Shown: positions 1 to 10,233 of the stretch, piece by piece
Layout: each line of letters begins with the position of its first letter
Numbering within the stretch: position 1 is the stretch's first letter
NCBI GenBank assembly: GCA_963733035.1
Contig: CAVTBU010000005.1
Coordinates: 32,001 to 96,000, forward strand
Reading direction: 5' to 3'
Source: Pirellulales bacterium
GTDB lineage: Bacteria; Planctomycetota; Planctomycetia; Pirellulales; PALSA-1355
Length of the DNA: 64,000 nucleotides
Program-made: the position numbers and the translations under genes
The notes under the pieces: generated by a model
What the model saw: the letters and a program-made list of their open reading frames with translations, nothing else
Databases searched by the model: none
Told to the model about the DNA's origin: nothing

Positions 1-1
1 G

Positions 2-154
2 GCCGCGTCGCTTGTCATCGCTGAAGTCCTGCGTTTTCTAAATGGAGGTCCTAGGACAGAGGTGATCGACATGACTCTTCGCGACCCAGGCAGTCGGTCA
101 GTGGTGTCGGCAACGACTCAGTTAAATGGCTTCAATCCAGGTTTCACCTACTAA
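2..154 (+). CDS. C-terminal end of a gene entering from the left, possibly ThiF/E1-like
   Basis: Open frame AASLVIAEVLRFLNGGP...FNPGFTY* from base 2; the family resemblance is from memory only. Confidence 0.3.
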   Translation, partial: AASLVIAEVLRFLNGGPRTEVIDMTLRDPGSRSVVSATTQLNGFNPGFTY

Positions 155-391
155 CTTTCGACCCGAATGACCGGACGTTGCACTTCGGGCCGGGCTGCTC
201 CGGGCTCCGCTTATGCTCGGTCCGACTGCCGCAAGCCACAGCCGGACTGCTTCGCACCCTGCAATCCTTAATGCGGCGGGCGATGCCGAGAATTGAAGGC
301 TGGTTCGCGATTCTAATCCACCCCGCTCCGCGCTCGCTGCCATTTCGAGCCATTTGAGACGGCCTGTTTGCAGCGCATCCATGAGGAAGCC

Positions 392-575
392 GCTGTCAAG
401 TCGATAGCGAGAAGACCACGGGATCTCCAAGCATCCATCCGGCATCTCCGCTCTCGGGCGGACCGCCACCTTTCTATTTTCGGCCACTCCCATTCATTTG
501 CGCGGCGTCGCAAAGTCGCCATGCGCTGCACCGGGATGCGGCATCGGATCCCGCTATCTCCTTGAGTGTTTCCCC
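392..575 (-). ncRNA. Putative bridge/seekRNA of IS1111 copy A
   Basis: Contains segments matching the target (521-530, 495-501) and donor junction (432-438, 473-477) separated by hairpins; exact RNA ends unknown. Confidence 0.75.
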
Positions 576-1598
576 TCAAGCCACAGACACTTTTTCCTGC
601 CACACCTGGCCCTGGCGGAGCATCGCATGCATCACGCGGGCCAGGTAGTGGGCCGTGGCCACCAACGCGATCTTCTTTCGGTCATCGGCGCCTTGATGAA
701 TGCGCTCAAAGAAGTGGCGGATCGTCGGGAATCGCCGCACTCCTTGCCAAGCTGCCTCAGTCAACAGCTTTCGCACCGTCGCTGGTCCTTCGCGTGTAAT
801 GTGCCCCAGCCGGTTCATCGAGCCCGATTGGTCCTGAGCAGGAACCAGACCAAAGTAACAGCCGATCGACTTGGTCGTGCGGAATCGGCTGGGGTCATCG
901 AGATAAGCCGCCATCGCCTCCGCGGTGCGTGCGCCGACACCGGGGATCGTTACCAACAACGCGGAAGCTCCGCTCGCCTGCGAATGGCGTTCAAGCTGCT
1001 TCTCCACACGACGGAGCTGTTCGCTGAAGACGTGCAGCTCCTCTACCAGCAGGTCTCGGCGCATAGCATAGAGAGGGCTGGGCAGTTCGAGCCGTTCCAG
1101 CCAGTATAAGCCTTGCTTGGTCCACAGACCGAACTCCGAGGGGACCGCAATCCCCAGGCTGCGCAACAACCCTCTCAAAGAATTCTTTGCTCGTGTTCGT
1201 TTGTCGATGACCTGCGTCCGGTACTCGATCAGCTGACGCCAGGCTCGCACATCCCCTGACGGAACGTAGACGCCGGGAACCTCGTTCAAAAATAGTAGCT
1301 TCGCCAGCTTCTCGACGTCCACGCGATCGTTCTTGCGCTTGGAGCGGAAGATCAGTCGCAATTGCCCGGGATGGGGCACCACCACGCGCTGGCACACCGG
1401 TTTGAGCAACTCGTAAATGCGTCCGTAACCGCAGGAGGCCTCGTAGCATATGCTGACGGGACCATCCAACACTTTAAGTTGGTCGGCAATGCCCGACCAA
1501 GGACCTCGCACCCTCACCTGTTTGATCCTGCGACCGTTCTTGTCAAGTACACACATCGAAGTGTGCCCGAGGTGAACATCCAAACCGACGAAATACAT
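576..1598 (-). CDS. IS110-family recombinase/transposase
   Basis: N-terminal VGLDVH, EAS and KNDRVD (DEDD RuvC-like); C-terminal TIPGVG and GLVPAQDQSG motifs. Confidence 0.95.
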   Translation of the reverse strand: MYFVGLDVHLGHTSMCVLDKNGRRIKQVRVRGPWSGIADQLKVLDGPVSICYEASCGYGRIYELLKPVCQRVVVPHPGQLRLIFRSKRKNDRVDVEKLAKLLFLNEVPGVYVPSGDVRAWRQLIEYRTQVIDKRTRAKNSLRGLLRSLGIAVPSEFGLWTKQGLYWLERLELPSPLYAMRRDLLVEELHVFSEQLRRVEKQLERHSQASGASALLVTIPGVGARTAEAMAAYLDDPSRFRTTKSIGCYFGLVPAQDQSGSMNRLGHITREGPATVRKLLTEAAWQGVRRFPTIRHFFERIHQGADDRKKIALVATAHYLARVMHAMLRQGQVWQEKVSVA

Positions 1599-1743
1599 CG
1601 TGAAGCCTCCTTCGTACGAGGAACGACACGGACCAAGTAGCCATCGTACCGCTCAGGCTTCCTACATAGAGTCATTTGCAGCGCGGCACATATCGCAATC
1701 GGCGTAACCGCAAGCGGCGCAATCGCTTGACAAAAAATCAGGT

Positions 1744-1765
1744 GCAGGTTCAAATCCTGTCGCCC
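1744..1765 (+). other. tRNA(Pro)-like 3' fragment, probable att site
   Basis: GCAGGTTCAAATCCTGTCGCCC is a T-arm plus part of the acceptor stem; it lies 17 bp beyond the integrase stop; no 5' half of a tRNA is present. Confidence 0.65.
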
Positions 1766-1782
1766 TTCTTCACCTCCCACTC

Positions 1783-2628
1783 TCAATACCCCACCCTCTC
1801 AACCCCTTCCGCCAACTGATCTCCACTCCGTTGCGAATACCGGCTTGTGGTCTGCAGATTCTCGTGCCCCAAGATCTGAGCAAGGGACACGAGATCGTTC
1901 CCATTGTCTGCCAAGAACTGTTTGGCAAACGTGTGTCTGAACAAGTGCGGGTGAAGGCGAACGCCGATCAAAGTCGAGTATTTTTGGCAGAGTGCCCTTA
2001 CGCCATCGTCAGTGATAGGACCTCGCTCGCCAATAAAGACTTTGCTAGAAACCGGAGGGCGAGTCTCCAAGTATTCCTGCAGCGCCCGACGAGCCGGCAA
2101 GGGTAACGGCACAGTCCGCTGCTTGCCGCCCTTGCCATGCCGAAAAACTACTGACCCTGCTCGCTCTCCGATCATCAAGTCTCTCAGTTCAAGATTCACA
2201 AGATCAGACACCCGGCAACCCGTGTAGAGTAGCAATGCAAAGATTGCTCCCGCCCGAACGTCCTGCCGCAGTTCGATCTCGCGCAGCAACCGCCGAACGT
2301 CTGCACGTTCAAGTCCTTTGGGAGCCAATTGCTGCCGCCGCAGTTCCTTCACACCTTTGGCTGGATTGGCTTCCAATCGCCCTTCAACCACCAACCACTC
2401 GAAGAACCTTCGGATCATCACCAGCGCACGATTGATGCTGGCGATCGCCTGCTTTTGTTCCCGGTGCAGATGATTTCGAAAATCCACGACGTCTCGTAGC
2501 GTCGTTCGTTTCACCGTGAAAGGTTCTTGGTTCGCCTCGACGAACCAACTGGCGAACTTCCGGAGGTCGTTGCGAATGGCGCGGCAGGTATGCTCGGAGA
2601 AGTCATGGGCGTCCAGGTAAGCCGCCAC
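1783..2628 (-). CDS. XerC/D-like tyrosine recombinase (integrase 1)
   Basis: YTGCRVSDL, HGKGGKQR, HPHLFRHTFA and LGHENLQTTSRY catalytic motifs; true start may be ~2717 across a frameshift. Confidence 0.93.
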   Translation of the reverse strand: MAAYLDAHDFSEHTCRAIRNDLRKFASWFVEANQEPFTVKRTTLRDVVDFRNHLHREQKQAIASINRALVMIRRFFEWLVVEGRLEANPAKGVKELRRQQLAPKGLERADVRRLLREIELRQDVRAGAIFALLLYTGCRVSDLVNLELRDLMIGERAGSVVFRHGKGGKQRTVPLPLPARRALQEYLETRPPVSSKVFIGERGPITDDGVRALCQKYSTLIGVRLHPHLFRHTFAKQFLADNGNDLVSLAQILGHENLQTTSRYSQRSGDQLAEGVERVGY

Positions 2629-2791
2629 AAGCGACGGCTCCTCGCCCCCGACATGCAGTCCCTCGAAAACATTATCACGCCTATTCCAGCGCTTTTCTGG
2701 CGCAAATCAGACATCATTTGGACGGTTTTCTCCTCGGATTGAACAGATAATGGCACTTATCAGCGCCAGACTATCGGGCGAATACTTTCAC

Positions 2792-3097
2792 CTAATTGGG
2801 GTAAACGACCACGTGAATCGGCTCCGGTCGCTTCTTGCTTCCCTTCTTGGTCAGGGGCGTAATCACATAGAACAATCCATCGACGCCAGACCAGTGAGGT
2901 GACTCCTCGCCCAGGTATTCGACGCGAGCATTCTTTCCGCAGAGTTGCCGCAGTTCTTCGGCGTCGCTGGGCCAAGTATGAATCGCCTCCTCGATCACAA
3001 AGATTTCGTGACCAGAATGTCGGTCCAGGAACTCTTCGAGCCTCAGATAACGTTCGCCCTCGCAGAGATGCTTCCATTCGATGAAGTTCATGATCAC
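2792..3097 (-). CDS. Hypothetical protein
   Basis: 101-aa ORF overlapping the stop of the upstream gene (translational coupling). Confidence 0.55.
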   Translation of the reverse strand: MIMNFIEWKHLCEGERYLRLEEFLDRHSGHEIFVIEEAIHTWPSDAEELRQLCGKNARVEYLGEESPHWSGVDGLFYVITPLTKKGSKKRPEPIHVVVYPN

Positions 3098-3526
3098 GGT
3101 CCCTGCGCCTTCAAGTGGATAAACACCGAGCGAATGACTTGCCCCGGATCGACCTGCTCGACGCCCCGAGGGAACAGCGATTTGATCGCCGCTTCGACCT
3201 GGGCTGAACTGGCAACCAGCCCCAATGACTTCAGCCCTTCGAGCAGTTCGACGTTCAGATTCTGAACGTTTCGTTTCTTGGGCGCTGCTTTTGGGGCGTG
3301 CCGGCAGTAGAACAGGATGGGCTTGCCGTTGATCCCACAGTTCCTACGACGCACTTCTAGACACAATTCTTGCGCCTCCTCGTCATAAAGCGGGCGCCTC
3401 GTGGACGTGTTATAGACAGGAGGTGGGAAGGCGACTTCCGATGAGTTGGTAAAACCTGGCTCTCGATAGCCCAACCATTCGCGCCATTTCAGCCACGGAA
3501 ACCGCCGTTTTGGTCTGATCACCCAT
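3094..3526 (-). CDS. AlpA/excisionase-like HTH protein, one frameshift near 3435
   Basis: AVSVAEMARMVGLSRARFYQLIG continues as AFPPPVYN..TRRPLYDEE in the adjacent frame. Confidence 0.7.
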
Positions 3527-3584
3527 CGGACGTCTAAAACCCTCGAATTTGATTGAATTTGGACACATTTCGGACGTGTTCTGG

Positions 3585-3749
3585 TCAGTTTGTTGAACGT
3601 CTCCCAGCATCGAACGCTGCCTCCGAGGCGTCCTTGATCGACCACACCGAAAGGGAATGAAAATCAAGGCGGTCGCTTTTCCGCTCGTGGAGTGTTTCCA
3701 GCCCCAGATGCTTCTTGGCAATCTCAAGTAAGAGTTGGTCTTTGGTCAC
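3585..3749 (-). CDS. Small DUF6900-like protein (54 aa, absent from the ORF track)
   Basis: Manual translation gives MTKDQLLLEIAKKHLGLETLHERKSDRLDFHSLSVWSIKDASEAAFDAG. Confidence 0.65.
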   Translation of the reverse strand: MTKDQLLLEIAKKHLGLETLHERKSDRLDFHSLSVWSIKDASEAAFDAGRRSTN

Positions 3750-3788
3750 GGTTGTCCCTTCGTAGTCCAGATCGTTGAACTGGATGAT

Positions 3789-4733
3789 CTATCCAGCTGC
3801 GTGTTCATAGCCAGTGCCCGTCAATTGCCGCCGACCTTGGTCATCCTTGATGACCAGCCCCGCACGAATGAGGAACGGTTCACTGACACTGGAGATCGTC
3901 CTGGCAGGCAACCCCAGCAGCGAAGCGATGACGTTTAATCGCTGCGGACCGTCCCTGAGAATGGCAAGGTATCGCTGCTCAATGGGACCAAGCCCGATCT
4001 CGTCGATCTGTTCCAATGCGCACGCACGAGACAAATGATCCAATATGATGAATCTTTCGCCCTGTGCGCGGCACACTCGGTAGCACGCCTGCAGCAATCT
4101 CAAGGCAAGCCGTGGCGTTCCTCGGGATCGCTGAGCGATGAGCGGCAGCACCTCTTGATCGACCTCCCACCGAAGACTTCTCGCTCGGTGCCGAATCACG
4201 GTCGCCAGTTCATCTTCGCTGTAGAAGTCGAAACGTAACACCAGCCGCATTCTTTGGCGCAGAGGGTCGAGCAAAGCGTACTCATCTGTCGTGCTCAGCA
4301 GCAAAGTGAAGTCAGCAATCGGCAACGTCTGGATGCTCTTGCCACCACTCACAAAAAGTTTTCTTTGGTCCAGAGCTAGGTAGAGATTTGTTTGCAGGGC
4401 AGGCTTAATCTCATGAGCCTCATCGACATGACACACTGATTTGTCGCGTGCGCTCAACAGAAACGCATTCAAATCTCCAGGCGTCGAGATGCTTTGCCCG
4501 ATCACCTCGTGAAAATCGGTTGCCATCTCGCTGGCGATCACTCGTGCCATGGCACTCTTGCCGCAGCCCGGTGGACCGACGAGTAGGCACGAGTCCATCT
4601 TCCTGCCATCTTCAAACGCAGCATCTAACGCAACACGAACTTGCTCGACGACACTTCGTTGCCCAGTGATGTGGCTCAGGCTAGAAGGGGAAACGTCCCC
4701 GATTTCTAGATTGTTGCTGTCGTCCATCATCAA
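3789..4733 (-). CDS. RuvB-like AAA+ ATPase (element-borne)
   Basis: GPPGCGKS, VDEAH, PLRQR, SRGTPRLALRLL and C-terminal winged helix with EPFLI. Confidence 0.9.
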   Translation of the reverse strand: MMMDDSNNLEIGDVSPSSLSHITGQRSVVEQVRVALDAAFEDGRKMDSCLLVGPPGCGKSAMARVIASEMATDFHEVIGQSISTPGDLNAFLLSARDKSVCHVDEAHEIKPALQTNLYLALDQRKLFVSGGKSIQTLPIADFTLLLSTTDEYALLDPLRQRMRLVLRFDFYSEDELATVIRHRARSLRWEVDQEVLPLIAQRSRGTPRLALRLLQACYRVCRAQGERFIILDHLSRACALEQIDEIGLGPIEQRYLAILRDGPQRLNVIASLLGLPARTISSVSEPFLIRAGLVIKDDQGRRQLTGTGYEHAAG

Positions 4734-4918
4734 CTTCCTAGCCGTACGATGTGTAGTTCCTGTTCAGCCTCGGCTTTGCTGTGCCAGAGTTCGCCGTCTC
4801 GGCGTCGTTTTTTCCACGCGCCGCTGCGCCAGTAGCGATTTCTCTCACGGTGAAAAATCATCCATCTGCGCCATTTGGGACGTCCGATCTCCAGTAGGAT
4901 CACGTTGTGGGGTGCCAT
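4730..4918 (-). CDS. Small Trp/Arg-rich hypothetical protein
   Basis: 62-aa ORF coupled to the RuvB-like start. Confidence 0.5.
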   Translation of the reverse strand: MAPHNVILLEIGRPKWRRWMIFHRERNRYWRSGAWKKRRRDGELWHSKAEAEQELHIVRLGS

Positions 4919-4964
4919 TTGGCGCGTACCTGTACACCAGTACTTGGAGCGTTTTGCAAGTCCC

Positions 4965-5572
4965 TTACCGAGAAATTCTTTCGAGGGGCTCGAATCCAAG
5001 TGCCTCGAAGGCTTCCTTCAGCCCTTCCTCGCTCGGGTAGCCGCCCTGGTCATCGACGTTCTCGATTTCTCTGCAGCGATTGTCGGAGAGCCACGAGTAA
5101 ACTTCTGATATCCCAGCCCTGGGGCAAATCGAACTCCCCCTTTAACTTCCAGGCTGCGTCGTTGATGTTCTCCACCGTGGCTTCAAATTCACGGTCGGAG
5201 TAATCGTCCTCATCGAGAATCGGATAATCATCGAGGCACTGCATCAAGTGGTGATAGGTCTTGAATGCCTCGGTGATCTCGCCGTTCTTGAACACCCTGA
5301 GGCTGAAGCCATCGAGGACTAGCCCAGTGGCTGTGGCTCTCGGGGACCACATCGGCGTCATCACCCTCGCTGTACGGCTTGAGCAATCGCTGGGTCACGG
5401 TTTCATTCGACTGGTCGATGAGTCCGCTGTCCCGATGGTTTGTATAGACCACGGTCCACTGTTCAGGGTCATCGAGTTCGTTTTTTCGGAACCAGATGAA
5501 GCAGTGGAACTGCTGCCAGTTACCTGCCGCTTGCTTGGCTGCTTCTTCGAGTGTGAGTTCGGCGAGTTTCAT
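4965..5572 (-). CDS. Acidic hypothetical protein, two frameshifts
   Basis: ORFs 5228-5611 and 5050-5364 plus a third frame join into one protein ending ..ENVDDQGGYPSEEGLKEAFEALGF. Confidence 0.6.
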
Positions 5573-5624
5573 GCTCTTCCTGTGTACAACTAAACTTGGG
5601 CGTCCGAGCAAAACAGTGCGCTAC

Positions 5625-6557
5625 CTAAACCTCTTGCAGGTTGCTGCTTTCGAGCTCGGTGGCACGGCTGAAGCTCAGGATGAATTCTGACGCCTTGGAT
5701 GCCTGACTGGCGGCTTGCAGGATGGCACGAGGATCGCTTTCCAGGTGCTTGAGCCAGGACGCCAAGTAGGATGTGTGATTCGTCAGGTCGTCCGACGACG
5801 GCACGCCGGTCTGGGCACAGAGGTAGCACGCCCCGATCTCGGCAATGAGTTCGCCAAGGGCGTAACTTCCCTGCCAGCCTAGCCGCACTTCAGACCAGTG
5901 CACCAATTCGTGGAAACTGGTCGAAACGAAGTCTTTCTGGGAAGCGAACTGACTTGGGTGCGGAATCTGGATGTAGTCGCCGCCGGTGTGGTGGGGAAAT
6001 TCCCCACTCGGTCGCACGTAGAAAGCCTTGTCGCCGCCGAAGTGAAACTCAGCCTCGGTCGCCTGGATTGCGGTTCGAGCGGATTCAAAGTCGGGTTCGA
6101 GCGAAGACGACTCAGAATCGGCAATGGATCGAAGGTGATCGACGCTTTCGCCGTCCACCTGATCGACGTTGAAAACTGTGTAGTATCGGAGCAGAGGGAA
6201 GGATCTGGACCTTCTCCTCGCCGTCCTCGACCTTGATCCGTTTGATCTTCTTGTAGAAGACGATTTGGGTGCCCCAACATCCTGGTTTCACGTTGTCTGG
6301 GCGCTTTTGGACCTGAGCGCCTAGACTTACCCATTGCTGGTAGGTGCCCCAGTGACGGCTCGCATAGCCACGGGACATCGCCACGAGGTCGAGCAGAATG
6401 GGATTTACGCCCGAGTAGGGACGCTTAGAGATGACGTTGGCAGGGAGCCTGAGTTCTTGCCGGGCTGCCAGGGCTTCCGCCAGGGGACGACCCCGTTTTT
6501 GAGTCCTTCGATGATGCGGTCGGTGATGTGCTTCTGGATGTCGGCTTGGCTGGGCAT
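5625..6557 (-). CDS. ardC: ArdC-like ssDNA-binding antirestriction protein (DUF1738 plus zincin-like domain), two frameshifts
   Basis: ITDRIIEGLKNGVVPWRKPW, YSGVN, WGTYQQW, YTVFNVDQ, HELVHW and ELIAEIGA motifs; AAGGAG RBS. Confidence 0.88.
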
Positions 6558-6698
6558 GGCTGGCTCCTTTAACCCAGCCGTGTACAACCAAACTTCCCAG
6601 TAGAGCCCTCTGAACTGCGCATCAAGCCGGTTCGTGGTCCGGACCTTGAAACTCACGTCAGATGGTCATATAGAAGTAGGTTTCAACTGTGGGATGCA

Positions 6699-8072
6699 AT
6701 GACCAATGGGCTGGAGGTTTTGATGCAGGATAGTACTGCCTACGCCTGTGAAGCATTTGTACGGGCGGCGTTTGAAGCAAAACGCCAATCTGCTGCACAA
6801 GATGAGTTCTACGCAAACAAGGAACTTGACGAGGCGTATCGACACCTTTTCAAGACGGTGGCGAAGGCAACTGCAAGCGATGTCCAGTGGCAGATGGGCT
6901 TTTTCCCATTTGCCTGGGTCTTCGCAGATCACATTTGGGAAGACGATGACCTCGATATTGACGACGCAATTCGAGGCTTTACGAATTCGCTACAGAATAC
7001 CTTGGACGATCTAGCCCTTATTGACTGGATCGCATGCGTTCCATTGGAACGAGCCTTCCAAAAGTTCCCCCCATATACGGACTTCGGATTGTTCTCCATC
7101 GTGAACGCTCGTTCGATGTCGCCTGCTACGGAAGAAGACCTGCTAGCCACTTTTCGCTCGATACTTGCAGATCATTGCAGTGTCAACTTCATGCCTGACT
7201 CTGAAGTTCAGGAGTCGTACGTTCGACTCGGCAGCCATTTTTACGTGAAAAGTCGGTTCTACGTCCCTGGTCGTCCCCTATTGGTCGTGCCCATCGGCAG
7301 AGGTGAAGCAAGCACAAACGCTGAACTCCTCCGTCAACGCATCCATGCCATTGCGCCGCTGCTTCAACTGTGCCAAGTTGTTTTGGAGAGCAACCAGGGG
7401 ACGGATACCAGTGCGAGTGGTCCATATAGTCGGCGACCTGACGGCACGGGATTGCTAGAAGACGGTTTCACGAGAATTCCCCACGTCTGCTTAGCGATCA
7501 ACAAGAGGACGGGGCAGGCTGATTGGTGGAATACGTCGTTGACACAGTACGAGACTCCGGTTGGCGACGGCTATGATCCCGACGCATTCGTAGATACTTG
7601 GCAAAAAACAGTCGGACCATTGATTGAAGCGAACGAAGCCGGTTTTGGGGGCAAACTACGTCAGGCAATTGACAGTGCCATTGCACTTGTGGCGAGATGC
7701 CGTCACGCTGAATTCGGAGATGCCACTCTGCACGCAGTGATCGCCACGGAGACAATTCTTAATCCATTTGGCACCTCCGGTGACATTGCAGAGCGATTTG
7801 CATTGTTGGCAGCCGCCCTCACCCAGTCAGACCCAACAGGGCGGCAAGAGCGATACACGCTTGCAAAGGCGCTTTACAAGGAACGATGCCATGCAGTTCA
7901 CCGATCACGAATGCACGGAAGTGTTGAGAATGCAAGCCATGCAGCCGTGGAAGTTTTTACGGAATGTCTAGGAGCCATACTCCGTTGGGCAATCAGATGC
8001 ACCAAAGAAGGGAAGCGCATAGACCAAGACGCTTTTGAGGAACTGTACGTAGATTCCATCTTCAACCGATAG
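6699..8072 (+). CDS. HEPN-domain protein (ApeA-like C-terminus)
   Basis: IATETIL helix followed by LYKERCHAVH (Rx4H). Confidence 0.7.
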   Translation: MTNGLEVLMQDSTAYACEAFVRAAFEAKRQSAAQDEFYANKELDEAYRHLFKTVAKATASDVQWQMGFFPFAWVFADHIWEDDDLDIDDAIRGFTNSLQNTLDDLALIDWIACVPLERAFQKFPPYTDFGLFSIVNARSMSPATEEDLLATFRSILADHCSVNFMPDSEVQESYVRLGSHFYVKSRFYVPGRPLLVVPIGRGEASTNAELLRQRIHAIAPLLQLCQVVLESNQGTDTSASGPYSRRPDGTGLLEDGFTRIPHVCLAINKRTGQADWWNTSLTQYETPVGDGYDPDAFVDTWQKTVGPLIEANEAGFGGKLRQAIDSAIALVARCRHAEFGDATLHAVIATETILNPFGTSGDIAERFALLAAALTQSDPTGRQERYTLAKALYKERCHAVHRSRMHGSVENASHAAVEVFTECLGAILRWAIRCTKEGKRIDQDAFEELYVDSIFNR

Positions 8073-8221
8073 GGCAGCAGATCATTCTGCATCACAGCGA
8101 GCGACTTCACTACAAAGTTCAATCGTTGATTGCCCTGCCCCACCTCTGGTAGACTTGCTCAGCCGCCCCGAGCGGGTGATGTGGGCTCTTGTGTAGTTAC
8201 CAACAATGGACGGGCGCATTT

Positions 8222-9238
8222 ATGGCAGTGTGGTTAGTTCGGGCAGGGAAGCACGGCGAGAACGAACAGTCAGCCATCGAGAACAAACTCGTCACCATTG
8301 GTTGGAATGAGTTGTCCGACCTATCGCCGTTCCAGAGCCGAGAGGCATTGACCGACCTCTTCGTGCAGGCTCATCCGAACGACTCGAAGCCCAAGGTTTC
8401 GAATGAGGTCGGGCAAATCTGGGCTTTCCGTGGAAGGATTGAGGAAGGTGATCTGGTTGTCCTGCCGCTCAAGACCCAATCGGCGATTGCCATCGGCAGG
8501 GTCGCTGGACCATACAACTACCGAACGGACCTCGGCGATTCCGTCCATCACACTCGAAGCGTCGAGTGGTTGAAGACCGACTTGCCTCGAACGACCTTCG
8601 ATCAAGACATCCTGCATTCGTTCGGCGCATTCATGACGGTTTGCCAGATTAGTCGCAACAATGCGGAGGAACGAATCCGAGCAATCATTGGCGGAAAGTC
8701 TCACCCAGGTGGAGGGAGCAAGTCAGACGACGAGCCAGAAGATGAAACCGAATCTTCGCTCGACATCGAACAAGCCGCCAAGGATCAAATTCTCAATCAC
8801 ATTCAAAGCAAGTTCGCTGGACACGCACTTGCCAGAATTGTTGACGCAGTTCTTCAAGCCGAAGGATACTTGACCCGTGTTTCACCTCCTGGTCCCGATG
8901 GTGGCGTAGACATCCTCGCAGGCACTGGACCGATGGGCTTCGGAGAACCGAGACTTTGCGTGCAAGTCAAATCATCTTCGTCACCCGCCGATGTGAACAT
9001 CCTGCGTGGTTTGCAAGGCATTCTTCAGAATTTCCACGCCGACCAAGGTTTGCTCGTCTGCTGGGGTGGGTTCAAGACCTCAGTGCTTCAGGAAGCCCGC
9101 CAGAGTTTCTTTACGATTCGTCTATGGGATTCTGGCGACCTCCTCGCAGCGATCCTGCGTAACCACGACAAGTTTCCCGACGAACTTCAGGCAGAGTTAC
9201 CCTTGAAACGGATTTGGGCGTTGGTGTTAGAGGACTAG
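8222..9238 (+). CDS. mrr: Mrr-family type IV restriction endonuclease
   Basis: N-terminal WLVRAG; C-terminal GPDGGVDILA..VQVK (D..QxK). Confidence 0.88.
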   Translation: MAVWLVRAGKHGENEQSAIENKLVTIGWNELSDLSPFQSREALTDLFVQAHPNDSKPKVSNEVGQIWAFRGRIEEGDLVVLPLKTQSAIAIGRVAGPYNYRTDLGDSVHHTRSVEWLKTDLPRTTFDQDILHSFGAFMTVCQISRNNAEERIRAIIGGKSHPGGGSKSDDEPEDETESSLDIEQAAKDQILNHIQSKFAGHALARIVDAVLQAEGYLTRVSPPGPDGGVDILAGTGPMGFGEPRLCVQVKSSSSPADVNILRGLQGILQNFHADQGLLVCWGGFKTSVLQEARQSFFTIRLWDSGDLLAAILRNHDKFPDELQAELPLKRIWALVLED

Positions 9239-9246
9239 GAAATCAA

Positions 9247-10233
9247 ATGGCAAACAACCTCTCCGAAATTGAAAAACGGCTCTGGGAATCGGCGGACCAA
9301 CTGCGTGCCAATTCCAACCTCAAATCGTCCGAGTACTCGGTGCCGGTGCTCGGGCTGATCTTCTCTGCGCTACGCCGATCACAAGTTCTCCATCGCCGAG
9401 CAGGAACTGGCGGGCAAGGGGTCGGGGCGGCGAAAGATCGGCAAGGCGGACTATCAAGCCCAAGGCGTGATGTATCTCCCGCCCGAGGCTCGCTTCTCAA
9501 AACTGCTTGAACCTGCCCGAGGGAGAGAACATCGGCAAGGCGATCAACGAGGCGATGAAGGCGGTCGAAGCCGAGAACGACGAACTGAAAGGCGTCCTGC
9601 CGAAGACGTACACCAGGATTGAGAACTCAACACTAGTCACGCTGCTGAAGACGTTCTCGCAGATTCCGATGGACATCGAGGGCGATGCCTTTGGGAAAAT
9701 CTACGAATACTTCCTCGGCAATTTCGCCCGTGCCGAAGGTCAGAAGGGCGGCGAGTTCTTCACGCCCACCTCACTTGGTCCGGCTCATCGTCGAGATCAT
9801 CGAACCCTATCACGGTCTGATCTTCGATCCCGCCTGCGGATCGGGCGGCATGTTCGTTCAAAGTGCCGATTTCGTCAAAGCACATAAGAAAAGTCCCAGT
9901 GCCGAGATTTCCATCTACGGTCAAGAACGGGTGGACGAGACTCGACAACTTTGTCTGATGAACCTCGCCGTCCATGCCCTGTCGGGCGAAATCCGTGAAG
10001 GCAACAGTTACTACGAAGACTTGCACAAAAGCGTCGGCAAGTTCGACTTCGTATTGGCTAATCCGCCGTTCAACGTGTACAAGGTGGACAAGGAGAAGAT
10101 CAAGGACGACCCTCGGTTTCCGTTTGGGATGCCACGGGCGGACAATGCCAACTACCTGTGGATTCAATTGTTCTACAGCACCTTGAACGCCAAAGGTCGC
10201 GCGGGCTTCGTTGGAGTTCCCCCCGTGAAATGA
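9247..10233 (+). pseudogene. hsdM: Type I R-M methyltransferase HsdM, frameshifted and 3'-truncated
   Basis: [25 protein letters not shown] and ANPPFN motifs; breaks after GRAGFV at an IS3-like terminus (TGGAGTTCCCCCC, ~10212); no hsdS or hsdR follows. Confidence 0.85.

Larger units (their letters stand above)
378..1674 (-). mobile_element. IS110-family, IS1111-type insertion sequence (copy A)
   Basis: Sub-terminal IRs ATG(T)AGGAAGCC at 381-391 and 1656-1667, set 3 nt and 7 nt from the ends; core CA at 376-377 and 1673-1674; ~200-nt non-coding region 3' of the transposase. Confidence 0.88.

Noticed and set aside
367..1684. 10-bp direct repeat TTTGCAGCGC as a target-site duplication of the IS110
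   Set aside because: IR offsets and guide matches place the crossover at a CA core; the repeat pre-exists in the empty site.
1730..1770. Complete tRNA gene
   Set aside because: Only the T-arm and part of the acceptor are present; no D-arm or anticodon arm. The fragments at 19232 and 47019 are likewise partial.
3789..4733. Housekeeping ruvB
   Set aside because: No ruvA/ruvC nearby, divergent motifs and a mobile context, so no gene symbol was assigned.
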